DNA of 63,462 bases, the filler included, from Saprolegnia diclina VS20 (taxonomy: Eukaryota), in NCBI RefSeq assembly GCF_000281045.1. It is 6 parts of 2 records of this genome, joined end to end, with 100 filler letters (N's around TTAATTAATTAA, not from the genome) between each part and the next. Parts side by side here need not be neighbours in the genome. Positions count along the whole stretch, not along the records: positions 1 to 23,252 come from NW_008246086.1; positions 23,353 to 33,079 come from NW_008246087.1; 4 more parts are not named here. The stretch is one strand, 5' to 3'. Below, piece after piece: positions 12,901-24,681 of this stretch; the stretch's first letter is position 1; each line of letters opens with the position of its first letter. The position numbers and the translations under genes are program-made. The notes below the pieces were generated by a model. That model was not told where the DNA came from. It made no database searches and was given only the letters and a program-made list of their open reading frames with translations.

Positions 12901-14981
12901 NNNNNNNNNNNNNNNNNNNCTCACTCGTCGGCGTCGGCGTCGACGATCCTGGCACGGTGGTCGGTGTCTCACTCGTCGGCTTTGTCGTCGACTGGCCCGG
13001 TACGGTTGATGGCGATGGCGTCGACGATCCTGGCGCCGTGGTCGGCGTCTCACTCGTCGGCGTCGGCGTCATCGGGCCTGGCACGGTGGTCGGCGACTCA
13101 CTCTTTGGCGTCGGCGTCGACTGGCCTGGCACGTTGGATGGTGTCGGCGTCGACACTCCTGGCATGGTGGTCGGCGTCTCACTCGTCGGCGACGGCGTCG
13201 ACTGGCTTGGCACGGTGGTCGGCGTCTCACTCGTCGGCGACGGCGTCGACTGGCCTGGCACGGTTGATGGCGTTGGCATCGACGAACCTGACACGGTGGT
13301 TGGCGTCGCATTCGTCGGCTTCGTCGTCAACTGGCCTGGCACGTTGGATGTAGTCGGCGTCGACGATCCTGGCACGGTGGTCGGCGTCTCACTCGTCGGC
13401 GACGGCGTCGACTGGCCTGGCACAGTTGATGGCGATGGCGTCGACGATCCTGGCGCCGTGGTCGGCGTCTCAATCGTCGGCGTCGGCGTCATCGGGCCTG
13501 GCACGGTGGTCGGCGACTCACTCGTTGGCGTCGGCGTCGACTGGCCTGGCACGTTGGATGATGTCAGCGTCGACAATCCTGGCATGGTGGTCGGCGATTC
13601 ACTCGTCGGCGACGGCGTCGACTGGCCTGGCACGGTTGATGGCGTTGGCGTCGATGAACCTGGCATGGTGGTCGGCGTCATCGGGCCTGGCATGGTGGTC
13701 GGCGTCTCACTTGTCGGCATTTTCGTCGCCTGTCCCGGTACGGTTGATGGCGTCGGCGTCGACGATCCTGGCACGGTGGTTGGCGTCTCACTCGTCGGCA
13801 TTGTCGTCNNNNNNNNNNNNNNNNNNNNNNNNNNNNNNNNNNNNNNNNNNNNNNNNNNNNNNNNNNNNNNNNNNNNNNNNNNNNNNNNNNNNNNNNNNNN
13901 NNNNNNNNNNNNNNNNNNNNNNNNNNNNNNNNNNNNNNNNNNNNNNNNNNNNNNNNNNNNNNNNNNNNNNNNNNNNNNNNNNNNNNNNNNNNNNNNNNNN
14001 NNNNNNNNNNNNNNNNNNNNNNNNNNNNNNNNNNNNNNNNNNNNNNNNNNNNNNNNNNNNNNNNNNNNNNNNNNNNNNNNNNNNNNNNNNNNNNNNNNNN
14101 NNNNNNNNNNNNNNNNNNNNNNNNNNNNNNNNNNNNNNNNNNNNNNNNNNNNNNNNNNNNNNNNNNNNNNNNNNNNNNNNNNNNNNNNNNNNNNNNNNNN
14201 NNNNNNNNNNNNNNNNNNNNNNNNNNNNNNNNNNNNNNNNNNNNNNNNNNNNNNNNNNNNNNNNNNNNNNNNNNNNNNNNNNNNNNNNNNNNNNNNNNNN
14301 NNNNNNNNNNNNNNNNNNNNNNNNNNNNNNNNNNNNNNNNNNNNNNNNNNNNNNNNNNNNNNNNNNNNNNNNNNNNNNNNNNNNNNNNNNNNNNNNNNNN
14401 NNNNNNNNNNNNNNNNNNNNNNNNNNNNNNNNNNNNNNNNNNGCGTCGTCGTTGACTGCTTTGGGTCTGCAGTTCCTGCTGCAGGGGCCTCCAATACGGA
14501 TGCAGTTGTAGATAATGCACTTGTTGCCATCGGTGTCACGATCTGCGGCGTTGTAGCTTGTGTTGCTGGGCTCTCAGTCGATGGCGCTGGAGCCGATGTT
14601 GATGGCGACGCCGTTGTGGGCTCGGTAGACGGTGATGCACTGCTTGCTGGCCCAGGCACTGTGCTTCCGATCGTCGCAGGCACTGATGTCCAAACGAGAG
14701 ACGTTGGGGTTGCGCTAGGCAATTCCGCACCCTGTAGCACCGACATTGATGAAGCGTCTGTCGCCAAGCTAGGCACGGAAGTAGCGATCACTAGCAGCGC
14801 AGTAGTCGAGCCTGCATGAGACACAAACGACTATCCATGAGCACGTGATGTACTCGAAGGACTTGGTACCTGACGCAGGTGTCGACGCAGTATCTGCGAC
14901 GCTCGTCATCAAGTCCTCGGTCGCCGCCAGCAACGCCACCTGCAAAAGACCCGCTGACCAAAGCACGGTTTGGGCGTGCAT
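9902..14981 (-). CDS. Signal peptide + long S/T/P mucin-like stalk + multi-pass TRP-like (Flc/Pkd2-type, PF06011-like) membrane domain
   Basis: Exon 1 14981-14870 (MHAQTVLWSAGLLQVALLAA) joins in frame via a 58-nt GT..AG intron (14869-14812); C-terminal hydrophobic helices with FGVLYVNMQYDHRCF; two N gaps in the stalk. Confidence 0.75.
11740..13808 (-). repeat. Coding minisatellite: mixed 48-bp (PTTVPGSSTPTPTSET) and 33-bp (PSTVPGQSTPS) units
   Basis: Repeated cctggcacggtggtcggcgtctcactcgtcggc; interrupted or flanked by gaps 11971-12919 and 13809-14442. Confidence 0.9.
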
Positions 14982-15767
14982 GAGTCGAGGCTGGGCAAGA
15001 TATAATTGTGGCGTCGCACCACGAGCGCATGAGATGGATCACCCATTCCGCAAAGATTCCGTCTCCAAATAATTGCACCTCAAGCCATCTAAGAGGCACA
15101 CACTAGCAAGCAATATGCATACGCAATACATAGTATGGAGTTGTTTTTCGACATTATTTAGTCGAGTCAAATATATGCGTTATCAGCTCTGAACCATTTT
15201 CGGATCGTCATTCCGGTAGGTTTGGAAACGGGTTTTGATGCCTAATTAGGGTTTTTTGGCAATCAGGCTGCACATGAACGACTTGTAATTCGGTCTTCGC
15301 CGTCCGGAGTCCAACGCAATGGAACCACCATCTGACATGTCGGAAGTGCGGCAAGTCCGTTGTCGCCCGTGGTCAGCATTGCAGCACGAAGGAGACGTGC
15401 ACTAATAGCTACTGCTATCATAGCCCAAGCAACAAGCAAGGACGAGCTCTTCGGATTCGAGTACCGGTACAATCTCCGATGCAACAGCTCTTTAACTGTC
15501 TTCTACCGAAACGAACCGCCGTCCAGGAAGAAGCTCCAGGAGCGCTGACCACGCGAGTTTCCATCGCCTTGGGTGCAGGCTTTCATTTCTCCCTCGTCTT
15601 GCTATCATTGACTACAGTGTATGTTTGGACACCAAAATTCCAGGCTGAAAAGGTTGGCTCGGAGGTCAGCATCCTTGGGAAGCTGGCAACCTTGACGAAA
15701 ACGACAACCAGAACCCATACCAGAGGCAACATACATTATAGTACGATGCCGCATCGGGCCCGACACC

Positions 15768-17438
15768 TCAGTAGCCTGAACCGAGGAGCTTGCGCACGTA
15801 AAACACCTGCGCGACCCCCATCGCCACGAGCACCACGTTGACGATGATGTTCATTGAGAAAACGGACGAATTGGCGCTTTCGGCGACTACAAAAGAGTGC
15901 TTAGACATGGTCTCCTCCTTGCGCTCAAACCGTTGCGCGAGCTCCGCTCATTTTGCAAGATTGAGCTCAGTTGACCTATTCCCACCCCAGTGAGCCACGG
16001 GCGATGGCGCATACGCCTACCCTTAAGATCCCACACACGCGTCTTGAAAGCGGCGATCTCAACCATGACGTGAAGCCCAATTTCTACGATCACCACACAA
16101 CTGAACAAGCCGAAAACTTCAATGAGACAGCCAGTACCTTCGTATGTGATGATGGGCCAGTGGTCGACCGGTGATCCGACCATTCCGCTGAGGCGCGCGG
16201 AGGCGTCTTCATCGCATTGCACCTATATCCTTGGTTTGTAACGAAATGAGCCAAAGAGCGTACCGAGAAGGCGAGGCTTTGGCCACCAGTGCGCAGCGTA
16301 TCTAGTGGCAACGATGGTGGCTTGTGTCGCGCCTGCAAGCTTCGTCGTACCGCTCACGAGATCCGTGACGTCAAAGGAGAGGATGCCGCCGGTTTCGGCC
16401 CGCGCGCCTTGCAGAATCGACGCCTGTCATCGTACGTCTTGTGAGCCGATCAAGATCCGTGCGGGTACCTGGAAGGATTCGACGTGGTGTTCCATGGACT
16501 CCCAGCTCATTGGGTGCTTGAGCCCGCCCTTGACATGCGACAGTGTCATGTCCATTGAAAGTTGCGACGTGTATTCGACGGAAAAGGACAGCATGATTCT
16601 ATATCCCATCGCATGAGCATCGGCAGGTGATAGCGAAACCCGTACCGCGTCTTTTCACCCACAAGGCCTTTGGAAACCCCAGCGAGCGAGAACTCGACGA
16701 ATGCCATTTTAGTTGGCTTGCCCTAGAGAGCTCATCAGCTTATTGAACATCAAGTAGCATAAGACAACTGCTGTGGTCTCTGCGATCATGTCGGAGTAGG
16801 TACTCTTGGTCGGGTCGGATTTTTCAATCGTCGTGATCGACGCTGGATAGCTCTGGACATGAACGTGTCGTTGGCGTTCGATGTCGCTGAAGTATGGACA
16901 AACGCACCGTCATGATGCGACTGCCAACCGAGAGAAAGTCAAAGGCGTACGAGACAGTGATCCGGCGCGACGACGCCGGAAGCTTGGAGAAGCAAAAGTG
17001 GTACACGCCGCTAGAAGCGCCTTGAGTCGACCTTACTTGGAGATAACTAGCTTGGTACCTCTCACGAACCGCCTGCGATGTGTGTGCGCGGGTAGTCTTG
17101 TTCCAGCTCTCAACGATACGGCCCGTCGGCGACCGAATCGCTACGTCAACGGCGTCTACGCGGCGTAAGGGCGTGGCCCATCTAGGCGGCGGACACGTAC
17201 CATAAGTCGTTGGCTCGAGGATCTCGAAGCGGAAAAGCAGCTTGTTCTGGGACGAGCGCGCGTCCAAGTTCTCAAGGAAACATTCCTGGCATCGTGTTAC
17301 CGGCTGCGGCAGCAGTGCAGTTCGTACCTCCTCCACGGCCGTATCCATATCGAAGATGAAGCTGGACGCTGCGTGGGCAGAGGCCATGAAGGCGACGAGC
17401 AAGACGAGTACATGGAGCATGGCCGACCGAGAAGTCAT
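15768..17438 (-). CDS. emp24/gp25L/p24 family protein (GOLD) with about 160-aa internal insertion; about 10 short introns
   Basis: Spliced product: signal peptide, EECFLENL...VDVAIRSPTG...GVYHFCF (GOLD with two Cys), then coiled coil and AESANSSVFSMNIIVNVVLVAMGVAQVFYVRKLLGSGY* (p24 TM tail). Confidence 0.85.
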
Positions 17439-19327
17439 GGTCCTTGGTGCGATGATATCCAAACCCAATTGGGCGTTTGCGGCGCAACAGCGTTCCAACT
17501 GTCCGGATATCCGCTTTCGGTAAACTATAAACACGCAACGCAAATGGATGTCGGACCGAGGCGACGATGGTAAATGCATTCAATTGTCTTTATTGTCGAC
17601 TGCAACATTTCTAGTAGTACAAAAACGCTTTATAAATTGAAGACGTCGCAATAGATGCTTGACATGGGATCATGCAGTACATTTTCGTAGTGTATTTGGG
17701 TGCTCCTAGTCGAATGAGGGTATACGGATAGAAGCCGGGTTCCGGATATGCAAGATCCTCTCAGAATGTGGTGCCAGGTGGCCAGCTGCGGTGGCCAAGA
17801 TCAGGGCCAAGATCAAGACTCATTGGCATGCAATAAAAGTACCTAGGGAGCATCCTATTGCATAACACCAAGGTCATAAAATTATGGCCTTAATATTACG
17901 CTCGTGGCAAACCATTGCGTCAAGCGCAGAGCGTTAGCTGCCATGTTGCGGGATCGCGCGAGGACGTGGCACCTGGGGATGTCGCGATGCTGTTGAGCAA
18001 CGTACCTTTTAATAGCGATGACACCCCGCCACAACGAGCCAAGGTTCGGACATGCAATTGAATGCCAGTGCCGGTCGCGTACATGTAATTGGTCGTGGTC
18101 GCTCCTTGGGTCTATCTATGATCACTATCGGATCTGCTGCAGGACATGCCCGCTGAAATCGACCCCACACACACACATTCTGAAGCGAGAATTGCGTGGA
18201 CGCACGTATGCAGGGTGCACTGGCCTCATCATCCAATGGTGCTTTGGCTGGGAGGCACACTGGGTCGGGTCGTACTGTACGTGCGGTCGAAAGTGGCGAA
18301 ATCTCATACTGGTGGTAACGGCAACGTGGTGATGGCGATGCCATTGCAAATGACCATTGCCAATCACGTTCGATCTGCGTCGTCACATGCATGCCTACTC
18401 ATCGATCGCAGCAACTTTCTATCCGGGGCGCTTGGCTTGCTTAGGGGCCTCAGTCTTCTCTCGGCTGCGCACAATACAGCTACCACCAGCTACATGCCCA
18501 CCGCCTCGTGCCTGCCTGGTCGCTGACTGCCAACTCAAAGTGCTCGTACACTGTACAACACGAGTTCAAAATCTTGAAACATAGAAACGAACCCGACGGT
18601 CGTACCCTCTCCATCTGCTGCAAAGCTCAAGTACCGAGCTGGCGACAAGCATCGGATTCAACGATGCGAATTACGCTGGCTGGCACCTTACTATGCGCCA
18701 CAGAATGCGCCACGGTCATGCGTCGTCTGCAGCATGTCTCGACGGCTTATCAATCGGTTGTAAAAAGAGCTCCAAATGGTTTTGGCAATGCGAGCTAGGG
18801 TGTAATCTCGAGTTCGAAATCGAGTGATGCGCTAAAGCCCAACTAAAATGCTGCCACGTTCTATCCGACTTGGTGGAGGCTTTTGGACTTTCGCCTGGAG
18901 CCACGATGATTACATCCGCATATTGAAGTATTTTATTCCAAACGCTGAAGCCAAACTGGGTGTTTGTATGAAATTTAATATCAAGGCTGAAGCGGCTGGC
19001 CGGCCACATGGGTACTTGCCGACTGCATTTTTTGTCAAATATTTTATGACGGATACTCATTGTCAATTTAAAATTTGAAGGAAAAAAAAATGCTTGCGCG
19101 GAAGGCACCGACTGGCCATCTGCAGCTTTATGCGGATGCGTCGCCGCCCTCCATACAAATGCCGAGTAAAAAGGGCCGCATTAAAGGAACCGCGGGTGAT
19201 ACATCCGGATAGAGAGGGTTGTTACAGTGTATAGCCCACGGTCTGGACTCTCATTTTTGACTCCCAGCCGACAAGCTCGAGCACGCAGGCACCGCGCCGA
19301 CCTCCGACGGACCTCCATCCCTCGACC

Positions 19328-20758
19328 ATGCCACTGCTTCGCAAGACCTCAACAAACCCCGATACCAACCAGCGGGTAGAGCTACTGGCCTGTGGTCGCG
19401 ACCCCAATCTGGCTGTAGATCGTCCTGAGCGGCTGGATGAAGAAGCAGAAGCTGCACTTCAAGACGTGGAGCCGCCGGTGGGACTCGTCGTCTCGTGCCG
19501 TCTCTGTACGCTCATGCAAGTTGTGTAGATTCTTCGTCTTGACGGCCAACACGCGCGTCATGTCGTACTACGACAGCGAGGATCTCAGGCAGCCGCGGGG
19601 TACGCTCGAAGTACGTCATGGAAGACTCTAAAATCCTGCATCGTGACGGTTGTTTCTAGGTGCTCTCGGTACATCCGCTGCCGGGCGAGTCCAATGGCCT
19701 CTCGCTGCACTGCGCGTCAGGAAAGGAAGAGAAACTGATTTGCGACACGAACGTGGCTTACAACGCGTGGTTTGCGGTGCTCACGCGTGCTGTGAACCCG
19801 GACCCAGTGTCGCTCGAGCTCACTGCCTTGATCTCACCAACGGTGCGATTCGTGTACAAAGTCCATTGGCAGACCCCTGACCGCGTTGTGGATTTAGGAT
19901 TCAACGGGCGGGCCCGAGTCTGGCGAGCTCGATTACGAAGACGACATTACTTACCACCCCAACCCGATCAAGATGGGCTACCTTCATGTGCATTACGAGC
20001 AGTCGGTGAGCAAGGTGTTTCTTATGTGGCCATGGCACTGACCGAAATCTAGTCGAATCAAACAGTTGATGCCATCCCTGAGGCCGACACGGCGCACCCG
20101 GACACCTGGAGTCGCTACTACTGCAAGGTCGAGCAGGACACACTCAACTGCTACCAAGACGAGACCCTCGAGCAGCTCTACGTCAGCGGCATGGTGCGTT
20201 GTCCTTTCCAAGATTGTTTGGCTCATCTTGCATCTGCGTAGGTTCGAAACGTGTCATTATACGACGGTAGCCTCCCCAGTGGCCCTCGCGCGAAAGCTCA
20301 CGAGAAATGTCATTAGGGCGCAAATATGCCCTCTCGGTCACGCTCAACAAGAGCCGGACCGTTTATTTATGTTGCGATAGCATGGAAGAGAAGACCAATT
20401 GGCTCCTCACGGTACGGCAATATTACGCATTGTTGTGACACACTTTCAACACGACGTGTAGCTGGAGGGTGCGCTAAAAACCGCGTACAAACTCATCGAG
20501 AAACGACGGAGCCTTTACTCCAAGTCCAAGATGACGAGGTGTCTAACTCACTGCAGTTCAATTGTTCATCTCGTTCTTAGCCACATCTACGACCTGGACT
20601 TGCCCCACGAAGATCAAATGCACCTCACCGACGACAACGCCGAGCAGTTGCCGCTGGCCTACCTCTCGCTCGATGAAGACCTCGAGCTCAAGACTTCGCC
20701 AACGCTTGCCTCACACGCTGAAGACGATGAAACCGAAGCCAGCGGCGTGTGGATCTAA
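19328..20758 (+). CDS. Tandem PH-domain protein (multi-exon)
   Basis: PH1: IVLSGWMKKQKLHFKTWSRRFFVL...YYDSED...YNAWFAVL; PH2: KMGYL...WSRYYCKVEQDTLNCY...CDSMEEKTNWLLTL; GT..AG introns join the exons in frame to stop 20758. Confidence 0.8.
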
Positions 20759-21630
20759 CACTCCTTGTCATTTTGCGCCTATATATCTGTAGCATGTATA
20801 TGAAATTATGCTCGACACGTCGCGTATTTTGTCTTCGGGTGGCAGCCATGCCTCCAATCTATATCGCGTATGCTGTTCGTGGAAGGCTAGGGCATGTGCA
20901 AGACTTATCAGTGGCATTTAGATCTCTCGGATGTAGTGGTCATGGTCTTGAATGATTCGACACTACCATCTGGAGCGAGTCAAATAACAGTAAGCTGTTC
21001 CAGGCTTGCTAGCGTTTCCGATGGCGTGCGGCCAAGAAAGCATCGCTAGGTGCCTTTGTTTTTGTATCATAGACGCTGTATGTACCGGTATTGTGCTGCG
21101 TCTTCGCTCGACCACCAACATCGTGTGGATTGACCTGCGTTTCTGGTCGAGTCGTACATCGGGACGAGGCATGACGTCATCGTGAGTCATCCCATTACGG
21201 AGCCGCAGGTCAAAAAGAAAGACAAGCACTCTCGCTACAACCACCAGAGTTAATATGCACTATCCTGGCCGACAAGCAGCGCTCAACCTTAACACTGGTG
21301 CTGAAACCAATCGTCAATTAACGCTTTTTTGCCCAGGTTGCTTGCTTTTGCCTGCGGGTGGTGCATTTCTTCGATGCGGCACCACTACACAAACACCGGA
21401 TAATCTACGCAAGTCAAACTGTCCTTCCCAACACAGACAGACCTTGTTCCTTTTTGTTCGCGTCGAACAATGTACTAGAATGCTGATAGCAGAAACGCCG
21501 AGAGCTCGGCGACGACTGACATCACAGTCGTGCAAAGACGAGAACGGAGTTGTGTATTATCATGGGTCAGTAATATTATTGACCCATGGCATTATCGAGT
21601 GTTCATTAGATAGCTGTGTACGTGATGTCG

Positions 21631-21858
21631 TTACGACGAGGCTGAGAGTGTGCCAGTACAGAGGCTTGTGACGTACTCGAGACCCACAAGGAGAAGCGAG
21701 GCCGCCCCGACATCCAATGGCAGGTCGAATTTGGATTCTTTAAAGTATGTGTCAATGTCGAGAAGAATCGCATCGTCGTCTCCGTAGCTATACTTGATTG
21801 GCTCTGACGCCCGGAGTGGCGCTGTTGCTATTGTCGTAGTGGTTGGGGAAGCAGGCAT
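21631..21858 (-). CDS. 75-aa hypothetical microprotein, paralog of 22599-22817
   Basis: ATG 21858 preceded by CTCATTC Inr-like motif; aligns by eye with the neighbouring ORF. Confidence 0.45.
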   Translation of the reverse strand: MPASPTTTTIATAPLRASEPIKYSYGDDDAILLDIDTYFKESKFDLPLDVGAASLLLVGLEYVTSLCTGTLSASS

Positions 21859-22598
21859 GTTGTAGAATGAGATTACTTTTGCTTGAAAGCGGATCGTGCG
21901 AGCAAGAGACACGCACGTTTTCTCGAACTGCAAGTGCCACAGGTGTGAAGTTCCGATCCACGTGCAAAGCAGTCGCAGATTCTGTCGCGTCAACGATAGA
22001 CATCTTCAGAGGTTGAAGTTGTCACTTTTAGCTGCCTTGCTCTTGCGCGGCCATGTGCCCACTCACCTCAGATTCAGATTTCAGAATACCTCGTTTCTGC
22101 TTGCTTCACTCACATACCTCGCTTCCACGACGGATTTGCCTTATCGCAACTGTTCAGTCACNNNNNNNNNNNNNNNNNNNNNNNNNNNNNNNNNNNNNNN
22201 NNNNNNNNNNNNNNNNNNNNNNNNNNNNNNNNNNNNNNNNNNNNNNNNNNNNNNNNNNNNNNNNNNNNNNNNNNNNNNNNNNNNNNNNNNNNNNNNNNNN
22301 NNNNNNNNNNNNNNNNNNNNNNNNNNNNNNNNNNNNNNNNNNNNNNNNNNNNNNNNNNNNNNNNNNNNNNNNNNNNNNNNNNNNNNNNNNNNNNNNNNNN
22401 NNNNNNNNNNNNNNNNNNNNNNNNNNNNNNNNNNNNNNNNNNNNNNNNNNNNNNNNNNNNNNNNNNNNNNNNNNNNNNNNNNNNNNNNNNNNNNNNNNNN
22501 NNNNNNNNNNNNNNNNNNNNNNNNNNNNNNNNNNNNNNNNNNNNNNNNNNNNNNNNNNNNNNNNNNNNNNNNNNNNNNNNNNNNNNNNNNNNNGCATC

Positions 22599-22817
22599 TC
22601 AAAGCGGCTTGACCGACGACATACCGGCATTGTCGTTGGCGAAGACAGACCGAAGCCAAACAAGTGCGCTCGTTACCATGGTTTTTGCGTCAAAGTCATC
22701 GACACGCACGCCGTCGACGTCGAACGAAAAGTTGGCAAATGTCGAGTCGACATCACGTTGCGTGGCCCAGTGACCATCAGGCGACGGTGTGGAGCTGGAG
22801 GTCGCAGCGGTCGACAT
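22599..22817 (-). CDS. 72-aa hypothetical microprotein, paralog of 21631-21858
   Basis: Same strand and size, with a shared D[IV]DxxFxxxxFD[LV] block and terminal amphipathic helix. Confidence 0.45.
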   Translation of the reverse strand: MSTAATSSSTPSPDGHWATQRDVDSTFANFSFDVDGVRVDDFDAKTMVTSALVWLRSVFANDNAGMSSVKPL

Positions 22818-23252
22818 TCCAGAGAACTTGCGGGAGACGCGGTGTTTTTAGTTGTGAGATCACATTCGATCCCCCATTGTTTTGTGTGTGGACGTAAATT
22901 GGGACCCTGTGACGAAACAGACAACTTCATCTTTTGCCAGCAGGCGGCCGGTCAGCTTACTCGAAAAATACCGTTGTATCTCCGTATTTCCGAGAAATAG
23001 GACAAATCAAAGTTGTAAATGCGTATTTTCCGTATTTGTACGGTTTTGTGGGTGCCGATCTGGGTGGCATGGTTGGATTGCCAGTGAATTTCGATGGTCG
23101 CAGCAACTGGTGTTGCTCGATATCGTTGTGATCGCGACGAACAACAATAGATGTATGTAGGTCCCAAGCTTTGCACGCAATCGTAGCGACCAGAATTCAA
23201 CGCGGTTCTTGCAATGCTACAACACGTCGCACGGGAAATAAACTGCCCCAGT

Positions 23253-23352
23253 NNNNNNNNNNNNNNNNNNNNNNNNNNNNNNNNNNNNNNNNNNNNTTAA
23301 TTAATTAANNNNNNNNNNNNNNNNNNNNNNNNNNNNNNNNNNNNNNNNNNNN
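23253..23352. other. Artificial scaffold linker
   Basis: 44 N + TTAATTAATTAA (stops in all six frames) + 44 N. Confidence 0.97.
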
Positions 23353-23455
23353 GTACGATCATCTCTCTTCTGTCTTCCATCGACGTCATTGTCATCAAGA
23401 CGGTGTCATACACGGAGGCTACGCCACGAACCCCGTGCCACAGAGGATGTATTCA

Positions 23456-24481
23456 TACAGATAACGACAACGAAACTGGGCCACAGTGGTACATCGAAGT
23501 ATATGGAGAATTGTATCGGGGGGCCGCTCCTGCCCGTTTAAGAAAAGAATTTAAATACCACATGGTTTTTGGGACCACTAAGAACCCGAGCCTCTGATTG
23601 GTCAAAAAGCTGTCTAATTGAACCTATCAATGGTTTGTCCCATCCGTTTGCCCCAATTCTAGGGAAGAGCTTGGGACAAACATCCGTTTGCCTGGGTGGT
23701 CCACGTTGAAGTGCTCCTCGTTGCGCTCGACGCATCTGCGAAATGTCTCCTTCGGGAAGTTCTGCGCCTTGGCAAAGGCACGCATGCTGCAGTACTTGAT
23801 GGGGTCGGCTAGACAAGTCCGAGCCAGAATTTGACTATCAAGCACGAAGTACCCTAGAGTCGATATCCTGGACGCGGGTTGCCAAGATGGGCTTCCTTCA
23901 ACAATAGTTGGATAACAGGAGGGAATAGGATAGCGTTTCTGTGTTACGTAGGTGGAACTTTCCCAATTCAGCTATGTTTTACTATACTAGAAGTGTGGTA
24001 CCTGGTGTGGTACTCAAGAGAAGGGACGCCAGCATACGGCTGCAGAATGGATGCAAACCGACTCTGGGGTGCTCTGGGGTTGCAGGCCGCAGTGCGTTGT
24101 GCGTTTGGACACGCCGCGGCGGGGGCCAGCGCGTCCGCTGCGACGATTCGAAGTGCGGCATTGTGCGCGCTACGTGCGCAAGTCCGCCACACATCATGCA
24201 GAAGACCGTCGTCCTCGGTACAAGCAACGTGAATGCACCGCATGCGCATGGCAGTCAGCAACTGACAGCCTCCAATTTAAAAAGGCGGGAAACCAATCAA
24301 ATGTGCTGATTATTGATCATTTTGGCCAATCAGATGACTGCGATAGTTTTTCCCATGATTCACCAAAGACGCGCTGTGATTGGTAGAAATGCGTACTTAT
24401 TTGCATTTGACTTGGATGCCTCTGCGGGCTCATTTTTATTCATGGTACCACTGTGGCCCAGTTTGGTTGTCGTTATCTGTA
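23456..24481 (-). mobile_element. Non-autonomous or deleted Tc1/mariner-pogo-like DNA transposon
   Basis: 35-bp TIRs CAGATAACGACAAC[G/C]AAACTGGGCCACAGTGGTAC at 23458-23492 and 24445-24479 (1 mismatch), each flanked by TA; internal HTH-like remnant CSMRAFAKAQNFPKETFRRCV (23627-23845). Confidence 0.85.
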
Positions 24482-24681
24482 CGCGTCTGCGTCACCAATT
24501 ATTACACTACATATGGTGACGGAGACTTGTTATTGTCCTACCTCAGTCGATAATTGATGGCGATCACGTTGGCACTACCGGTGACGTAGGTCAGGCGGCT
24601 CTAATCCACTCAACGCGACACCTTGGTGGTGCATGCAAGACACGAATGTATATTTGTTACGTCGGGGAGATAGATAGGAAC

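Noticed and set aside
11740..13808. CRISPR-like regularly spaced repeats (also 58670-59065)
   Set aside because: In-frame coding minisatellites with no unique spacers; eukaryotic context and no cas genes
11680..14819. Long plus-strand V/G/D-rich and other ORFs spanning N runs
   Set aside because: Antisense shadows of the mucin repeat, extended artificially through Ns
17900..19110. Cluster of short ORFs
   Set aside because: No coding bias or domain; at most a decayed gene
20531..20758. Stand-alone small acidic ORF
   Set aside because: It is the last exon of the tandem-PH gene
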